64,000 bases of DNA from a virus (IMGVR_UViG_3300013212_000061:1-64000), one strand, 5' to 3'; numbered from the stretch's first letter, positions 48,502-59,835 are shown. Notes: a model not told the origin generated them from the sequence alone. Made by a program: numbers and translations.

Positions 48502-49734
48502 ATGAAACTAGGAAAACACACACTTATTATCGACGGAAATTACTTCGTGCATAGCAGACTTTTTGTACTTCCACGCCCTAAAAAAGAACAATTATTAGGA
48601 GACAGAGATGGACAAGAACAATTCATGCGAAAACTATGTATTGACTTTGCATCAGAGGTCCGAAAAATGACTCCATTTGTCGACCAAATTGTGGTTGCAG
48701 TCGATTCAAAATCATGGCGTAAAGACCTGTTTCCAACAGCAGAATATAAAGGTACCCGAGTTGCTGATAGTTCAGTTAACTGGGAAAATGTATTTAATGT
48801 TTACACAGAATTCCAAGACATTCTTGCAAAGCAAGGTGTTATTATACATAAAGTTCCTGGTGCAGAAGCTGATGATATTCTATTCGGTTGGTCGACCCAA
48901 TTAAACAATGAAGGTAAAAACTGTATCGTTTGGACTGGTGACCGTGACCTTATTCAATTAGTTAATTATAATGAAGCTACAGATGCATATACCCTATGGT
49001 ATTACAATTCTAAACGTAGATTGTTAGCATTTGAAGGTTTCGAAAACCTTATTAATAAACCTAATGAGGTAGAAATTTCAAATGATGACCTATTATTTAA
49101 CATGGGTTCTGCTGATGTACTTAATAACCAACTTAAAGGTGATTTTATTAGTTGGATAGCTAAAAATGGTGTTGAGATTGAAGAGATTAATTGTGATGAT
49201 TTTATCTTCTCTAAAATCTTACAGGGAGATAAAAGTGATAACATCCAATCTGTAGTTTCATGGACTAAAAGAACTAGTACTGGTTCTATCCGAAACTATT
49301 CAATCACTGAAAAGCAGGCAATTCAAATCCTAGAAAAATATCGTGAAATTGAAGGTAACTTCCACATTGACCATTTTTTCTCTGAGGAACAGGTTAAAAC
49401 AATAGTTGATATGATTCATGATGTTGTTGGTAAATCTACAATTGATGAAATACGTCTACGATTTAACCAAAATCTTGACTTAATGCTCCTGCATTATAAC
49501 ACAATACCTGGTGGAATTCAAAAAGCAATATATAATGAAATTGAGAAAGATTTTACAGTTGAAACTCGATTGGCCGGACTAACTCAGATGGAAAAGATAT
49601 TGGAAGGATCTCAGTGGAATTCTAAAGGTTCAGCCGGAAGTGGAGCTCCAAAAAGTTTTGACCCATTTGCAACGTTGCAATTAGACAAAGTCTCTCAACT
49701 ACCTGAAACTAAAAAAATAAATACACTATTTTAA
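48502..49734 (+). CDS. rnh: 5'-3' exonuclease / T4 RNase H-like
   Basis: IIDGNY, SWRK...YKGTR, EADD, TGDRDLIQL, GDKSDNI. Confidence 0.88.
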   Translation: MKLGKHTLIIDGNYFVHSRLFVLPRPKKEQLLGDRDGQEQFMRKLCIDFASEVRKMTPFVDQIVVAVDSKSWRKDLFPTAEYKGTRVADSSVNWENVFNVYTEFQDILAKQGVIIHKVPGAEADDILFGWSTQLNNEGKNCIVWTGDRDLIQLVNYNEATDAYTLWYYNSKRRLLAFEGFENLINKPNEVEISNDDLLFNMGSADVLNNQLKGDFISWIAKNGVEIEEINCDDFIFSKILQGDKSDNIQSVVSWTKRTSTGSIRNYSITEKQAIQILEKYREIEGNFHIDHFFSEEQVKTIVDMIHDVVGKSTIDEIRLRFNQNLDLMLLHYNTIPGGIQKAIYNEIEKDFTVETRLAGLTQMEKILEGSQWNSKGSAGSGAPKSFDPFATLQLDKVSQLPETKKINTLF

Positions 49735-49735
49735 A

Positions 49736-49906
49736 ATGACTAGCGAGGATATTTTAACAGAAATCTTAATTGAAGCTCATAAAGACGGTGACTTTGACAA
49801 AGTTATTGCAGAGGTAAACAAATTAAAAAAAACCGATATAAAAAGTACACAACTTGAACTTTTTGAAAAAGCAATAAAAAATGTTAGACGAAACAAAACT
49901 GTTTGA
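49736..49906 (+). CDS. 56-aa hypothetical protein
   Basis: MTSEDILTEILIEAHK... fills the gap; below the ORF-track cutoff. Confidence 0.45.
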   Translation: MTSEDILTEILIEAHKDGDFDKVIAEVNKLKKTDIKSTQLELFEKAIKNVRRNKTV

Positions 49907-50309
49907 TTTTATAAAAATCTTATTTACCAAGCCTGCTGAATACAAAAAAATAAGTAACCATAATAAGAAGCGACATCATTTCATGATTAATCGCTTCTTT
50001 TCGATTCAATACCCTACAAATGCCCAATTATTTAATAAAAATGGGATTAATCCACTTGCAGTAATTGATAGTTGGTCTCTTGTTGCAGCCAGATTTAAGA
50101 GTGTGCCCGCTTGGATTTATACCAAGACCAAAAAGTCCGAAAAAGAAGTGACTTCAAAAAGCAAATATATACCATCAGAAGAGGCCATCTCATTCTTTAT
50201 GCAAAGAAATGAAATTGGCAAAAGAGAATTTAAAGAACTTGAAAAATTTGCTAAAGAAGAACTTTATATCTCTTTACAGAGGATAGAGAATTCGATGCAG
50301 GTATATTAA
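49881..50309 (+). CDS. Clamp loader small subunit-like
   Basis: LFDFIK, FMINRFFS pattern typical of gp62. Confidence 0.5.
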   Translation: MLDETKLFDFIKILFTKPAEYKKISNHNKKRHHFMINRFFSIQYPTNAQLFNKNGINPLAVIDSWSLVAARFKSVPAWIYTKTKKSEKEVTSKSKYIPSEEAISFFMQRNEIGKREFKELEKFAKEELYISLQRIENSMQVY

Positions 50310-50318
50310 TATCCGACT

Positions 50319-50963
50319 ATGCAACAATTTGAATTTAGTTCGATGCCAACGGCGATCGACGTTACACTATACAAATATAATTACATTGATAATAAATTAT
50401 GGGCACAAATCCAAAACGATACTGATTTTATCGAACTTGGGAATGACTCTATAATGATATCGTCAACTCAATTAAAATTTGTACTAGATAAATATTATCA
50501 AAGTTCTATCAATAAAATTAAATCAGTTGGTTCTGATTTTATCCATAAGGAAATCAATACAGTGTTTTTTCTTTTTCAAATTCTACTAGAAATGGAGAAT
50601 TTGCAATATATTAAATTAACGCTTAACAAGGATAAAAAGTACTCTAGAATAATTGAAACTGATGGTGTAAAAATGATTCAATTCAGTTTTAAGTTACTAA
50701 CAGCGACTCTAAGACTTTATGATTTATATGAAGATGATGAACTTCCACTGGTTAATAAAATTCTAGAAGAACTTGAAGTATTTGAAGAGGGAATTCCATA
50801 TGTCAGACTTAATGCAAAAGAACTTTATGATAGTATACTTTTCTATCTTGAAGAAAAAGACCCAGAAGATCTGGAGGCTGGAATAGTTACTGACATTTTA
50901 GATATACTTGAGTCTAAAATTGAGAAAGAGGACCCATTAATCCTATTAATTACTGACTACTAA
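50319..50963 (+). CDS. Hypothetical protein
   Basis: ORF only. Confidence 0.6.
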   Translation: MQQFEFSSMPTAIDVTLYKYNYIDNKLWAQIQNDTDFIELGNDSIMISSTQLKFVLDKYYQSSINKIKSVGSDFIHKEINTVFFLFQILLEMENLQYIKLTLNKDKKYSRIIETDGVKMIQFSFKLLTATLRLYDLYEDDELPLVNKILEELEVFEEGIPYVRLNAKELYDSILFYLEEKDPEDLEAGIVTDILDILESKIEKEDPLILLITDY

Positions 50964-50997
50964 TATTTCGTGAATATATAAAAGAAAAACATTTGAT

Positions 50998-51402
50998 ATG
51001 AATTTCTTTAGTAATTTTGGTAAAAGAGAAGCATTAATCTATATTATAGTCGCTCTTTGGGTAGGGATGGGACTTTTTGGAGCCTTTAAAGAGGCAAGCT
51101 TTACAGACCTTTCGATATATTTTGGATCCCTAACCGCATACGCTGCAACTTATATATGGGCTGAATCTAAAAAACCAAGTTCAAAATCATCAATTCTTAA
51201 AAAGGGACCAAATTCCAGAAAAGAGGTAATGATCTATGTTATTGTTATTCTTTGGGCTATCGCAGGATGCGGAGCCATTTACTTTAAAGCAAACTTAGGA
51301 GAACTTGCACTTTATTTTGTATCATTAACTGGATTTGTAGCATCTTGGCTAGCTGGAGAGGTTTATGCTCCACAAGACACGATAAATAAAAATAAAGACT
51401 AA
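50998..51402 (+). CDS. Four-TM membrane protein with internal duplication (holin candidate)
   Basis: KREALIYIIVALW...LSIYFGSLT / RKEVMIYVIVILW...LALYFVSLT; late promoter 50972. Confidence 0.6.
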   Translation: MNFFSNFGKREALIYIIVALWVGMGLFGAFKEASFTDLSIYFGSLTAYAATYIWAESKKPSSKSSILKKGPNSRKEVMIYVIVILWAIAGCGAIYFKANLGELALYFVSLTGFVASWLAGEVYAPQDTINKNKD

Positions 51403-51404
51403 TA

Positions 51405-53339
51405 ATGGTAACTAAATATACAGCAAATGAATATGGTGATTTTTTTGTCGCATCTATTCAACAACCATATCTTAATGTAATTCGCGTACTTGATTGGAAC
51501 ATCGTTGCGGGTGTTAAAAAAAGAAACATGACTGGTAATGTAACCGGATCAAGCGCATCAACTCATGTCTATGGATATGAAACTCAATTTGATACATCAT
51601 TTGCTGGTGGAGATTCTATAATTATTGGTAATATAACATATCAAATAGATGTTGTTATTAGCAATACTGAATTGACTGTTACTGAACCTTTACAATATAA
51701 TTTTACAAATGCTCAATACTATACAACACCAGATACTGTAACTTTTTTTGAGTATGAATTTAGATGGTCCACAACCGGCAAATCTTTTTCTGAGTTTGTT
51801 CCATTAAATCATGAAATAGGACCTGGAGACATACAAGGAATTACATTTGACCACCTAAAACCTCTTTACATTGATGTTAAGTCTGAAGTTGCTGGATTAG
51901 CTACTGGAAATACTATAACATTCCTTTCAATAGAATTTACAATTGAAACTGAGGCCGGAATAATTGAATCATGTCCTAATTTTTGTACTGATTGTACCGA
52001 CCCTTTTGCAATGAATGGTTGTGCAAATATTCAAGTTACATGCAATACATTAAATCAATTCAATCCTTATGCTCTTACCAAATCGGTTAAAATGTATAAG
52101 CAACTTGTCAATATTGTTAATGGCATCTTTGGACATCAAGTTACTTATTTTAAGACAGAACCCGATGCAAGAACAACGGATGTTATTTTAATGGAATATT
52201 CATTGCATAACGTAACCGACAAGCAAACAATAAAGATAATGGTTCCAGATAATGAATTTCCAACTGAATCACATACTTATGATATATTTGGAATTGAATT
52301 AGAGGATTTTGAAATTCATATAACTGCTGAAGAATTTGAAACACATTTTGGAGCAGGAAAATATCCAAGAAACAAGGACTATATGTTTATTCCGATCATT
52401 AATAAAATGTACGAAATAAATTCTGTTTCCCTAGCAGATGAATTTAATAGAAGCCACTCATATTGGAAAGTTAAACTTGTTAAATATCAAGACCGCGGGG
52501 ATGTTATCAAAGGACAATTTGATGATGACACTGACGTGCTAATAACTGGAATTGAAGAAATATTTGGAGAGAGAATTCAAGACGAATATAAAAAGAATCT
52601 TAAGCCGGAAATATTCCAAACAGTTATTGATAAACATCACGATGGAATCCGAACTTTTGTTGATAGAAAACTTAGAATAGTTGATTATGAATTAAAAAAT
52701 AGATGGACTATTGTCAGCAAAAATCATTACAATTTTTTAAATATGACAACAGGAGATTCTGCTGTAATTTATGAAGCACAATCCGAAGTTAAGTCTGGAA
52801 ATAGTATTGCATTCTCTTCATGGTTTGCCCCTCGATTTGCAACAAATTCAACTTTAAATTACAGATTAATTGGAGATACTGCAGATAAGTTTGAAATAAC
52901 AATAAGTAATACTGAATTAGTTGTTACAACTCCACAAGGTACACAATACTTTATGCATGGAATAACGTTTAACCCTGCAAAATGGTATGGCTATGTTGTT
53001 AATATCAATAATGAATTTCTTCAAATGTCTGCATCAATATACAGTCTTGATACTTCAAACAATATGATGCTTCCTCAAAGTGCTGAAAATAATTTAACTA
53101 ATGAATTTACTCAGATAGTACCTCAACTTGAAGAGCAAATCTGGACTTCTCAAGCAAAATTTGAATTAGTTGCAAATCAAATGTTAATGACAAACATTAG
53201 AGTATTTAGTACTCCTATTGAATTTGAACAGCATTCAAATATTTTAAATCAATATGTTGTGCGAGATAATCAACTTGCAATTATTGTTGATAATGCAATT
53301 CCAAGCATAGGATTCCAAAAATATGCCAACCCTCGTTAA
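51405..53339 (+). CDS. Extended gp14-like neck protein
   Basis: FGHQVTYF, FGIELED.EIHI...F, P..KDYMFIP..NKMYEI..V core with extra N- and C-terminal domains. Confidence 0.55.
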   Translation: MVTKYTANEYGDFFVASIQQPYLNVIRVLDWNIVAGVKKRNMTGNVTGSSASTHVYGYETQFDTSFAGGDSIIIGNITYQIDVVISNTELTVTEPLQYNFTNAQYYTTPDTVTFFEYEFRWSTTGKSFSEFVPLNHEIGPGDIQGITFDHLKPLYIDVKSEVAGLATGNTITFLSIEFTIETEAGIIESCPNFCTDCTDPFAMNGCANIQVTCNTLNQFNPYALTKSVKMYKQLVNIVNGIFGHQVTYFKTEPDARTTDVILMEYSLHNVTDKQTIKIMVPDNEFPTESHTYDIFGIELEDFEIHITAEEFETHFGAGKYPRNKDYMFIPIINKMYEINSVSLADEFNRSHSYWKVKLVKYQDRGDVIKGQFDDDTDVLITGIEEIFGERIQDEYKKNLKPEIFQTVIDKHHDGIRTFVDRKLRIVDYELKNRWTIVSKNHYNFLNMTTGDSAVIYEAQSEVKSGNSIAFSSWFAPRFATNSTLNYRLIGDTADKFEITISNTELVVTTPQGTQYFMHGITFNPAKWYGYVVNINNEFLQMSASIYSLDTSNNMMLPQSAENNLTNEFTQIVPQLEEQIWTSQAKFELVANQMLMTNIRVFSTPIEFEQHSNILNQYVVRDNQLAIIVDNAIPSIGFQKYANPR

Positions 53340-53371
53340 TTTCGATATATAATTTAATAAAACAAATTTAT

Positions 53372-54016
53372 ATGTCAGAAAATAAAAGTATAAAAGACCA
53401 GGCAGAGGATATCCGAAAGGACCTAGATGAGTTAATTGGAGCCAGCGCCGGAGAAATATCTCAAGTAATCGAAACTGATGTAGAACTTCCAGCAAGAAGA
53501 CCTCAAAATCATGTCAGTTTTGCTGAACTTAAAGAGAGCTCTACCAGAAAGGCTAAGAAAACTATTACCGCCTTAATGAAGTTCTACTTAGACGCAGATA
53601 TTATAGAGCAAGACGAGTATATTCAAGCTAAAAAGAAGATGGACGAAATGACAATGAGTTCATTAGTCTATCAACTTCAAGCCGGAGAGCGGGCTCTTAC
53701 AACCCTATTGGATGCTATTGAAGATGGAGAAGTTGCACCAAGAATGTTTGAAGTACTGGCAACACTACAAAAATCAATGCTCGATATAATCAAATCTCAA
53801 ACAATGTATTTAATGGCAACTGAAGAAAGTGCCAAAAGAATTGCAAGAGATATTGAGATATACAGAAAACGAGATAACATCAGAGAAATAGAAGTTTCAG
53901 GTGGAGACCCAGGCTCAGGAAATGTTCAAAGAGGTACTAAAGACCTAATGAGAATGATTCGCGAAGGAATTGATTCTGCCGAAACTGACGTTCAAGATGT
54001 TGAAATAACCGAATAA
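53372..54016 (+). CDS. gp16: Terminase small subunit
   Basis: PRMFEVLATL, GTKDLM; directly before terL. Confidence 0.7.
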   Translation: MSENKSIKDQAEDIRKDLDELIGASAGEISQVIETDVELPARRPQNHVSFAELKESSTRKAKKTITALMKFYLDADIIEQDEYIQAKKKMDEMTMSSLVYQLQAGERALTTLLDAIEDGEVAPRMFEVLATLQKSMLDIIKSQTMYLMATEESAKRIARDIEIYRKRDNIREIEVSGGDPGSGNVQRGTKDLMRMIREGIDSAETDVQDVEITE

Positions 54017-54017
54017 T

Positions 54018-55853
54018 ATGTCAAATGAAAACTATATAGGTGATAATAAATGGATCCCTAGTGGAGATTCAGAAAAGGATGCACAAAAACTAGTATGGTC
54101 AACTAAGATTATTAATGACTTAATGGTTGCCTTGGATAAAGGTTATAGACCCCAAGTCAGTATGCCTTTCTACGAAGGAAAACAATTCTTACGTAGAGGT
54201 AATATTGTATTTGAGTATACTGAAGCAGAACTTAAAGAAATTACAAAGTGCGCAAATGATATTGTTTACTTTGCAGAGAAATATGCAGTTGTAATGACTG
54301 ATAATGGTATTCAACAAGTAAAACTTAGAGAATACCAAAAAGACCTATTAAGGGACTTTCAACACAACCGATTTAATATTGTCCTAGCATCCAGACAGAT
54401 GGGTAAAACTGTAACTGCCAGTATTTTTAATGCATGGTACCTTACATTTAACTATGACAAAACAACCTTACTACTTGCAAATAAATCTGAATCAACAAAA
54501 GAGATTATTGACAAGGCTAAAGTTGTAATTGAGAACCTTCCATTCTTTATGAAGCCGGGAATTATCAAATATGATGTAATGAACGTAAGGGCTGATAATG
54601 GTTGTAGACTTGTTGGTCAGTCAACTACAGCTAAGTCAGGTATTGGTTTTACTATTCACAATTTATATCTTGATGAGTTTGCTCACGTTCATCCAACGAT
54701 TGTAAACTCATTCTATGAAAACGTTTACCCTACACTTTCTGCCTCAAAGATTTCTAGAATCAATATTACCAGTACACCAAATGGATTTAATAAGTTCTAT
54801 GAAATTTATTCCGATGCTGAAAAAGGTAATAATGAGTACAAAGCAACCCGAATAGATTGGTGGCAACATCCTGATAGGGACGATGCTTGGTATAAAAGAG
54901 AACTTGGAAACTTAGGTTCTGAGGATGCTTTTAATAGACAATATGGTAATGAGTTTACCAGCTCATCTAGTTTATTGCTAAGTCCTGGTACGATGAAAAA
55001 TATCAGAAAGAATGCTAAGAAATTTGTTTGGCATGATATTGAAGAGTTTGAAAATGCCCATATTGATACTCAAGGATTCCTTTCATTTAACCCTGGCTTT
55101 GATATTGAAGAGGCCGCAAACGAAGAAAAATATTACCTATTTACAGTTGATATTGCAGAAGGGAATGGAGGAGACTATTCGGTTATAAATATGTTTGAAG
55201 TTGAACCACTTCCGGATAAAGACATAGAAAATTATATTAATCCAGGAGCGATGTATGATTTTTTTAGAATTAATCAAGTTGGAATATTCCGAAGCAATGA
55301 GCATCCAATCGAAGACTTTGCAAAAATCTTATACATATTGGCCCTTGATGTATTTAATGCTGAAAATGTTAAATTGATTATTGAATATAATACTTATGGA
55401 AGTATCTTATTACAGTACCTTTCAACAGTTTTCCCAGGGAGAAATGAATTTGAAGATGAATTGGTCCTAAGATTTAAACATCGACATGATGCAAAAGCAC
55501 CAAAACCTGGAATTAGATTAAAGTCTGATAATAAATCAGTTTTCTGTCAAAACTTTAAAAAGTTTATAGAAATTAATCGCGTTAAGATAAATGATATACA
55601 AACAGTCCAAGAGGCCAGTCTTTTTGGAATCGTTAAAAATGGAAGCTATGGAGCCCAGATGGGAAATGATGATTCAATCATGACATGCATTACAGCAACT
55701 GAATTTTTTACAACGGTAGATTATGCAGATTATGTTGAAGAGCTATTGGATATTATAGAACCTGAAAAGCACTCACTTATGGAAAAAATATTATATAAAA
55801 ATAATGATTTTCAAGGAGATTTACAATTTGATATTTATTCATTACTAGACTAA
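54018..55853 (+). CDS. gp17: Terminase large subunit
   Basis: LREYQ, SRQMGKT, YLDEFAHV, TSTPNG, VDIAEG.GGDYS, DDSIM. Confidence 0.93.
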   Translation: MSNENYIGDNKWIPSGDSEKDAQKLVWSTKIINDLMVALDKGYRPQVSMPFYEGKQFLRRGNIVFEYTEAELKEITKCANDIVYFAEKYAVVMTDNGIQQVKLREYQKDLLRDFQHNRFNIVLASRQMGKTVTASIFNAWYLTFNYDKTTLLLANKSESTKEIIDKAKVVIENLPFFMKPGIIKYDVMNVRADNGCRLVGQSTTAKSGIGFTIHNLYLDEFAHVHPTIVNSFYENVYPTLSASKISRINITSTPNGFNKFYEIYSDAEKGNNEYKATRIDWWQHPDRDDAWYKRELGNLGSEDAFNRQYGNEFTSSSSLLLSPGTMKNIRKNAKKFVWHDIEEFENAHIDTQGFLSFNPGFDIEEAANEEKYYLFTVDIAEGNGGDYSVINMFEVEPLPDKDIENYINPGAMYDFFRINQVGIFRSNEHPIEDFAKILYILALDVFNAENVKLIIEYNTYGSILLQYLSTVFPGRNEFEDELVLRFKHRHDAKAPKPGIRLKSDNKSVFCQNFKKFIEINRVKINDIQTVQEASLFGIVKNGSYGAQMGNDDSIMTCITATEFFTTVDYADYVEELLDIIEPEKHSLMEKILYKNNDFQGDLQFDIYSLLD

Positions 55854-55854
55854 T

Positions 55855-55970
55855 AAAGGTCTCTGATACTACGTTATATTTGGTCGTTCTTTGTTTCATA
55901 AGTATACCTCCAGAGACCTTTTTAATTTCAATAAGGAAATAAAGATATATAGAATAACGACTAAATATAA
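55855..55970 (+). promoter_or_regulatory. Hairpin / anti-leader / late promoter control element of homing endonuclease 2
   Basis: AAAGGTCTCTG/CAGAGACCTTT stem; loop 55874-55888 complementary to 55956-55970; GATATATAG 55944-55952. Confidence 0.6.
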
Positions 55971-55980
55971 TTATTAACTT

Positions 55981-56583
55981 ATGATAAAATATCACTATGT
56001 GTATAGAATAACTAACACAAAACTCAACAAACACTATTATGGTTCAAGAACATCTCAAATAGAACCTGCAAAAGATTTGGGACATAAGTACTTTTCAAGT
56101 TCTTTTGATAAAGAATTTATCAAAGACCAAAAGAACAATCCACAGGATTATAAATACGTGATAGTTTCTAAATTTAATTCACGAAAAGAGGCTCTAGAAT
56201 TAGAAGTTAAACTACACACAAAATTTAACGTAGGAGTTAACAATAATTTTTATAATAAAGCTAGAGCAACTTCTTCAAAATTCACAATGGAAGGAACCAA
56301 AATATCGGAAGAAACTAGACTAAAGCATATTGGCGAAAATAATGGAATGTATGCTAAAAATCATACAATTGAATCTAGAATTAAAATGAGTCAATCTAGT
56401 AAAAATCCATCCGAAGCTACTCGAAAAAAAATGTCTGAAAATCATGCGGACGTTTCAGGAGATAAAAATCCAATGTATAATAAAAATCATACAATTGAAT
56501 CTAGAATTAAAATGTCAAAGCCAAAGACCGAAGAACATCGTCGCAAAATGTCCGAAGCGGCAAAAAGAAGATACTCTAAATAA
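55981..56583 (+). mobile_element. Free-standing GIY-YIG-type (Seg-like) homing endonuclease with NUMOD3 repeats
   Basis: HYVYRITN...HYYGSR, FYNK; 34-bp exact repeat 56355/56481 encoding KNHTIESRIKM. Confidence 0.8.
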
Positions 56584-56661
56584 AAAGACATATACGATTT
56601 ATTGGTATAAAATCCATTTTAATTTAGATATCTAATAAAAGAAAAAAATATAATTAAAATT

Positions 56662-58941
56662 ATGGCACTAAGTCCGCAATTATTAAATTTTAAGAGCTCA
56701 GGAGTTTATAGACTTGAGTTTGATAAATCTCAAACAGCAAATATAAATGTTGAGACTCTTAGATTAATGGTAGGTCACTCTAAAAAAGGTCCTTACAACA
56801 CACCAGTTTTGATTGATTCAGTTGAGACACTTACTAATGTGTTTGGAAACATTGATAAAAGTTTAGAAAAAAAAGGAATGTTTTTCCACAGATCGTGTAT
56901 CGAAGCTCTTTCAAGAGGTCCTATATTGGCCTTAAATCTTGAACAATTCACAAACTTAGATATTACATCTTACCAAAGTCCAGTAACTTGTGGAGGCGCT
57001 GGAGCAGTTAACATTACATCAGACAGTGGTACTGATGAATATAGCAAGTTTTTTGATAATGATAAATTCATGGTTCCTTCAGATACTGCTACACTAGCAA
57101 CTATTAACCCTGATAACGATCACATTTTAAACTTTGTAAATATTAAACAAGATTCAATTACAATTATTGTAAGACAAGCACAAGACGTTAAAGAATTTGA
57201 CTTAACTGCAAGAGAATGGTATGGTGTTGGAAATGTCCCAGAATACTTAAATGATTTTGACAAAATGTCAGATTTTATGATTGACGTATTCGTATTCAAA
57301 GGAGAATTTGATGCTGCAACAATGGCAAATGACCCGATTTATTCTGCTTACTTTACAGCAGACGGTTTAGATAAAACAAAACTTGCACAATTTGCAAACT
57401 TAAGACAAGTTAGTTTAATTGCACAATACACCGGTTCTATCTTACCAGGATTTAAAGACCTTGAAGGTAGAAACTTATACATTGAATCAACTATTAATGC
57501 AGAGGCCAGAAGAACTGGTTTATTCTGTGCAGTTAATGAAGATGCAGTTATGGACGAACAAGGAACTCAAGTTGATTTTGTTGGACATGTACATAATAGT
57601 GCTAATAGTTACGAACTACTATCTCACTATGTTCCTGTAGGTGATAGAGAAACTACTGAAACTTTTGTTGATGGTACTATTGGAACTAATACTTCTTTAG
57701 GTTTTTCAAATTTCACTGTAACTTATGCAACAGGAGATGAACCTACAACATTCCCAATTACAGTTGGACAATATGTTGATGCCGCTACTACTGATAGACT
57801 TGCAAGAGTTAATAGAGTTGCAAAAGCAATCGATGGTGGAGATACTATTTTTACAGTTTATACTGATGTAGAACCTGCTTATAATGATAGAATTATTGAA
57901 TCTTATGAAGCTGCTTCTCTAGTTTATAAAACTTTTGTATTGACAAAAGCATCTATAACTGGAAAAGAAATAAGCGACTATTTATCAGTTCTTTCTGGTG
58001 GTAATGGAATCTATGATGCCTTAGTTGACAAAGACATTATCGATTTTAGATATGTCGTAGATACTTTTACATCTTTTGATGAGAATGGATTAAATAACAA
58101 ACGTAATCTTTCTCAATTAGCAAAAGACAGACAAAATGCTGCTGCAATCTTAAATGCACCAACAATTGAAGATTTCAAAAAATCTACAGACCCATCTTTC
58201 ACCGATGAGAATTTAGCATTTGATACAGCTTATATCGCATCAGGTGGTAATCAAGATAAAAACCCAACCAAAATATATGCCCTACCAAGTATTAATGAAG
58301 GTGCAAATTATGCATTCTACTACGGACCTGGTTTAATCGTAAGTGACAATGGAAAAGACATTATTGTTCCTCCAGCTGCTTATGTTGCTAACAACTATAT
58401 CGACAAATACACGAATGCTCTTCCATGGTCAATCGTTGCTGGTCCAAGAAGAGGAGTTGTTGCAGGTACTAATGTTAAAGGAGTTGAGTATTCATTTGAT
58501 AAAGGTGATAGAGATATTCTAGAGCCATTCGGAATTAACCCAATTGTATTCCAAAGAGGAACAGGTTTAACTATCTTAGGTAATAAAACTGCTCAACAAT
58601 CTATTAAATCTGCGCTTTCTTCTGCTCACGTAAGAGAGGTACTTATTTATATCCAAGACGGTATGGCAAATATTCTTAAAGATTACATATTTGAATTTAA
58701 TACTGCACAAACAAGACTTGAAATCAAGACCCTTGCAGATGCGTTCTTACAAGGTGTTAAACAAGATAATGGTGTTTATGAGTTTAAAAATGTAATGGAC
58801 TCAACAAACAATACAAATGAGGTTATTGATAATAATATTGGTATAATTGATACTTACGTAGAACCTGTTAAAGGTTTAGAAATTGTAGTTCACAGAACAA
58901 CAGTTTTAAATACTGGAGAAATTCAATCAGGTAACCTATAA
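56662..58941 (+). CDS. gp18: Tail sheath protein
   Basis: SSGVY..E.D, GPYNTP, PWSIVAGPRRG, INPI, GNKT, VREVLIYI, FEFN. Confidence 0.9.
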   Translation: MALSPQLLNFKSSGVYRLEFDKSQTANINVETLRLMVGHSKKGPYNTPVLIDSVETLTNVFGNIDKSLEKKGMFFHRSCIEALSRGPILALNLEQFTNLDITSYQSPVTCGGAGAVNITSDSGTDEYSKFFDNDKFMVPSDTATLATINPDNDHILNFVNIKQDSITIIVRQAQDVKEFDLTAREWYGVGNVPEYLNDFDKMSDFMIDVFVFKGEFDAATMANDPIYSAYFTADGLDKTKLAQFANLRQVSLIAQYTGSILPGFKDLEGRNLYIESTINAEARRTGLFCAVNEDAVMDEQGTQVDFVGHVHNSANSYELLSHYVPVGDRETTETFVDGTIGTNTSLGFSNFTVTYATGDEPTTFPITVGQYVDAATTDRLARVNRVAKAIDGGDTIFTVYTDVEPAYNDRIIESYEAASLVYKTFVLTKASITGKEISDYLSVLSGGNGIYDALVDKDIIDFRYVVDTFTSFDENGLNNKRNLSQLAKDRQNAAAILNAPTIEDFKKSTDPSFTDENLAFDTAYIASGGNQDKNPTKIYALPSINEGANYAFYYGPGLIVSDNGKDIIVPPAAYVANNYIDKYTNALPWSIVAGPRRGVVAGTNVKGVEYSFDKGDRDILEPFGINPIVFQRGTGLTILGNKTAQQSIKSALSSAHVREVLIYIQDGMANILKDYIFEFNTAQTRLEIKTLADAFLQGVKQDNGVYEFKNVMDSTNNTNEVIDNNIGIIDTYVEPVKGLEIVVHRTTVLNTGEIQSGNL

Positions 58942-58975
58942 TCGTGATATATAAAAAAATAAAAATTAATTAAAC

Positions 58976-59530
58976 ATGGGATTACCACACTATAATCAAG
59001 ACCAAACGTCTAGAAAAGGTAGAAATTTTGAACCAATCCAGCCTAACCTGTTTGAAGTTACCGTACTTCCACCAGCTGGTGTTGCAGATGCTCCACTACT
59101 TTTACAGCACGTTAATTCAATCTCAGGATTAGAATTATATAAAGAAATTGCTGCAGTAGAACAAAAATACAAATGGGTTACTAGATCTTTTGCTGGTATG
59201 CCTGACGAAACTGCAGTTGATGTAACTATTAACTTCTCATTAAACTTAAATGAAGCAAATCAGGCTTATTTATACAAGTCAATGAGACAATGGTATAACT
59301 TAAGATATGACCCTCAAACAGGTACAATGGGACTTAAAAAAGATTACGTAGGTACTATTGTTATTGTACAGTTCAACAGAGCTGGAGATATTTATAGAAC
59401 AGTAACTTTAGAAGATTGCCAAATTTCTTCAGCTTTAGGTTTTACTACTGAATTAAACTACGAAACTAAAGATGCAGCTGCGTTAGAAGTAACATGGAGA
59501 TGTGATGCTTGGAAAGAAATACTAGCATAA
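58976..59530 (+). CDS. gp19: Tail tube protein
   Basis: PNLFEV, RQWY, KKDY, L.Y...EVTWRCDAW; follows the sheath gene. Confidence 0.8.
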   Translation: MGLPHYNQDQTSRKGRNFEPIQPNLFEVTVLPPAGVADAPLLLQHVNSISGLELYKEIAAVEQKYKWVTRSFAGMPDETAVDVTINFSLNLNEANQAYLYKSMRQWYNLRYDPQTGTMGLKKDYVGTIVIVQFNRAGDIYRTVTLEDCQISSALGFTTELNYETKDAAALEVTWRCDAWKEILA

Positions 59531-59543
59531 TTATTTAACAAAG

Positions 59544-59578
59544 TATAGGGAATGATTGATTTGTTCCCTATATTTTTT
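59544..59578 (+). terminator. Intrinsic terminator
   Basis: TATAGGGAA/TTCCCTATA + T run. Confidence 0.6.
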
Positions 59579-59613
59579 GAAACAAAAACATAATATAATG
59601 ATAATATAATATA

Positions 59614-59832
59614 TTGATGGATAAACTAACCAAGAAGTTACAGGTCCTATTATCAGAAGATGAAGTAGCTTTAATTAATCGAATAATACTCACTGAAGCT
59701 ATCGAAAACGGACAGCGACCAATTTCAATTTCAGCATTTATTAGAGATGTTATAAGGACCGAAATAGACAAAAGATCAGAAACAATCACAAAATTTAATA
59801 AAATCGACATTAAAAAACTTAAAAACAAATAA
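59614..59832 (+). CDS. Ribbon-helix-helix-like DNA-binding protein
   Basis: KKLQVLLSEDE...SISAFIRDVI. Confidence 0.55.
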   Translation: MMDKLTKKLQVLLSEDEVALINRIILTEAIENGQRPISISAFIRDVIRTEIDKRSETITKFNKIDIKKLKNK

Positions 59833-59835
59833 TTT

